64,000 nt of DNA from Gammaproteobacteria bacterium (GTDB lineage Bacteria; Pseudomonadota; Gammaproteobacteria; Ga0077536), in contig CAXXLL010000003.1 in the NCBI GenBank assembly GCA_963662545.2, forward strand, positions 1,184,001-1,248,000, read 5' to 3'. The translations under genes and the position numbers were made by a program. Positions 61,776-64,000 of the stretch are shown piece by piece; positions within the stretch are counted from its first letter, which is position 1, and each line of letters starts with the position of its first letter. The notes beneath the pieces are model-generated. The model made no database searches. It was not told where the DNA came from and saw only the letters and a program-made list of their open reading frames with translations.

Positions 61776-63242
61776 GTGTCCGGCGCGCCCGACATCCTCA
61801 TCATCGACTCCAATGTGAGCGATAGCAAACTCTGTCAGCTGGTACTTGCGCGGACCTTCAAAGACGCCGCCATCAGCATCGCCAACGACGCCCCGGCGTT
61901 CGCCGAGGTGCTTTCTTCACAACGATTCGACGTTGCGATCGTCTCACCCAAGATCGCCTGGGACGATCGCGCTCGGCTTCTAGTCCTACTCAAACAACGC
62001 CTGCCGGGAACGGCCTTGATCCTGTTCGGACACGAGTCCGATATCGTCAAAAAGGCCATGAATCCGGGTTTCGCCTTCGAAGGGCTTGCGCGCAAGAGCA
62101 GCGCCGGTTTCATGGCGCTCGCTGAGGTGGTCACCGAAGTGCTCGAACGCGGACGGAACAAATCCGTCGCGGCGAACGATGCGTTCAATCTCGACGATCT
62201 ACCCGTACCCGCTGGGCTGGTCGACGCGAGCGGCCGACTCACTCGAGTGAATGGCGCGATGGATATTTTCCTCGGCGGCCCGCGCGAACACCCCGGTTCG
62301 GCGTTGCTCGATGACCTGCTCGTTTCCGCCGGAGACGTCGCCCGCTGGCAGAACTTTCGCGCGAATCACGAAGCGCAATCGCGGCCTATCAGATTCGAGG
62401 TCGAAAGCGCCGGCGGCCGGCCCGTGCTGCTCGCGATCTCGCGACGTCTCGATCCGTGCGGCGTGCCGGGTTTTCTTGCCCTGGTCGAATATCGGGACGA
62501 GGACACCGCTCTGAAAGCGGTCGGGCATACCGGTAGTAGTGAACTTCTAAACCAGGAATTGCGGGATATCGCGCTCGTGTTCTCCCACGATCTCAAGGAA
62601 CCCGTGCAGCAAGTCGCACGTCTGGCGAGGCGAATTGAAGATCAACAGCAATTCAGTCCCGGGAATCCCGCATCGAGATGGATCAGCCAGATCGGGCAGT
62701 GCGCCAATCGGACCAGCGACATGCTGGACAGCATGCTCGAATACCTCGCCGTTTCATCGCGGGAATCTCCCCCGACGCTGGTGGATCTCAACACCAGTTT
62801 GGAACAGGCTCTCCACAACCTTCAGGCCCCGATCGATGAGGGCGGCGCGGAGATTACCTCCGATCACCTACCGCTCGTTGCCGGCGACGAGTATCAAATG
62901 CTGCATCTATTCCAGAACCTGATTTCAAACGCTCTGAAATTCCGCGGGCGCGAAAAGCCAACCCTGCGTATCGGCGTGGAGCAAAGAGGCCAGGAATGGG
63001 AGCTCGCGTTCCGCGACAACGGCATCGGCGTCGCGGATAACTTTCTCAAGCGCATATTCGAGATGGGCCAGCGTCTGCACACCCGTGAGGAATATCCGGG
63101 CACGGGTGTCGGTCTGGCCATTTGCCACCGAATCGTGAACCGGCATGGCGGCCAGATTTGGGCGCATTCGAACGAGGGGGCGGGCTGCACATTTTATATC
63201 CGCCTTCCGAGAACGCCCAGCCACGTCACGCGGCTTGCGTGA
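61776..63242 (+). CDS. Sensor histidine kinase with degenerate receiver and PAS-like domains
   Basis: SHDLKEP H-box, QNLISNALKF, DNGIG, GTGVGLAIC. Confidence 0.9.
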   Translation: MSGAPDILIIDSNVSDSKLCQLVLARTFKDAAISIANDAPAFAEVLSSQRFDVAIVSPKIAWDDRARLLVLLKQRLPGTALILFGHESDIVKKAMNPGFAFEGLARKSSAGFMALAEVVTEVLERGRNKSVAANDAFNLDDLPVPAGLVDASGRLTRVNGAMDIFLGGPREHPGSALLDDLLVSAGDVARWQNFRANHEAQSRPIRFEVESAGGRPVLLAISRRLDPCGVPGFLALVEYRDEDTALKAVGHTGSSELLNQELRDIALVFSHDLKEPVQQVARLARRIEDQQQFSPGNPASRWISQIGQCANRTSDMLDSMLEYLAVSSRESPPTLVDLNTSLEQALHNLQAPIDEGGAEITSDHLPLVAGDEYQMLHLFQNLISNALKFRGREKPTLRIGVEQRGQEWELAFRDNGIGVADNFLKRIFEMGQRLHTREEYPGTGVGLAICHRIVNRHGGQIWAHSNEGAGCTFYIRLPRTPSHVTRLA

Positions 63243-63272
63243 CCAAGTAACCGAACTCCAGGCAACAATTTC

Positions 63273-64000
63273 ATGAATCAAAAACCCCTGCGAATCCTGT
63301 TAATCGAGGATGACGCCATCGAAACCGAGTTGATCCGCGGGCAGATTTTCGATTCGGCGCGCTCGGTGATCACGCTTGACCACGCCACGCATCTCGCAAC
63401 CGGAATCGAAAAGATGCGGGATAACCGCTACGACCTCGTGTTGCTCGACCTCAACCTGCCCGATGCCCGCGGCCTCGAAAACCTGCGCGGCGTGAAGGCC
63501 TCGGCGCCGGCGACACCCATAATCATCCTGACCAACGTCGAGGACGAGGACGGCGCCGCAACCGCTGTGACTGCGGGCGCCCAAGATTATCTGTTCAAGC
63601 GCAACATCACCCCGGAACTGCTCAAGCGTTCGATTCGCTATGCCATCGCGCGGCACGAAGCGGAGGCGTCCAGACGTGAAAGCGAGGAGCGCTATGCGCT
63701 CGCCGTTGCCGGCGCGCGGGACGGTATCTGGGATTGGGATCTCGAACGCGACCGCATCTACTATGCGCCGCGCTGGTTGTCGATGTTAAAGCTGTCGGTG
63801 AATGACGCGAATTCGTCCCCGAGGACCTGGCTCAACCGCGTGCACACTGAAGACCGCGCCGGCCTCAGGAAGGCACTCTATGCCCACCTCGAAGAAGGTA
63901 CTGAGCATTTCGAGCACGAATTCCGTATGAAAAATGGCCCCGGGAATTACGTTTGGGTCTTGAGCCGCGGGGTGGCCGTGCGCAACGCGGAAGGTCGCGC
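63273..64000 (+). CDS. Response regulator with PAS domain, truncated by the window end
   Basis: Hand translation MNQKPLRILLIEDD...DLVLLDLNLPD...GAQDYLFK...SEERYALAVAGARDGIWDWD; no stop seen before 64000. Confidence 0.88.
   Translation, partial: MNQKPLRILLIEDDAIETELIRGQIFDSARSVITLDHATHLATGIEKMRDNRYDLVLLDLNLPDARGLENLRGVKASAPATPIIILTNVEDEDGAATAVTAGAQDYLFKRNITPELLKRSIRYAIARHEAEASRRESEERYALAVAGARDGIWDWDLERDRIYYAPRWLSMLKLSVNDANSSPRTWLNRVHTEDRAGLRKALYAHLEEGTEHFEHEFRMKNGPGNYVWVLSRGVAVRNAEGR

Overview
Chromosomal segment of a GC-rich (~60% by eye) Gammaproteobacterium; the taxon is inferred from crp/vfr, rep, gshA, trmH, yajQ, a FimV-like gene and groESL. Housekeeping genes are interleaved with five things. 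(i) A candidate cAMP-effector locus: two divergent paralogues with a degenerate cNMP + canonical cNMP + rhodanese + long coiled-coil architecture, tandem CRP boxes between them, and DUF465, PilZ, Sel1 and YajQ neighbours. (ii) An aerobic benzoyl-CoA (box) cluster, boxR-boxC-boxB-ferredoxin-bclA, with no boxA in the window. (iii) A glutamine-synthetase-like / amidohydrolase cluster. (iv) A split urea-carboxylase/oxoprolinase-like module bounded by gene scars. (v) Three families of ~160-bp palindromic MITE-like repeats with different termini but a shared AAGGC...AACGCC core; family 1 shows compensatory base changes, and in two cases an element supplies the start codon of the gene it interrupted. 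The PreP-type peptidase at the left edge is frameshifted. No rRNA, tRNA, CRISPR array or transposase gene was recognised. All family assignments come from motif recognition by eye; no database searches were run.
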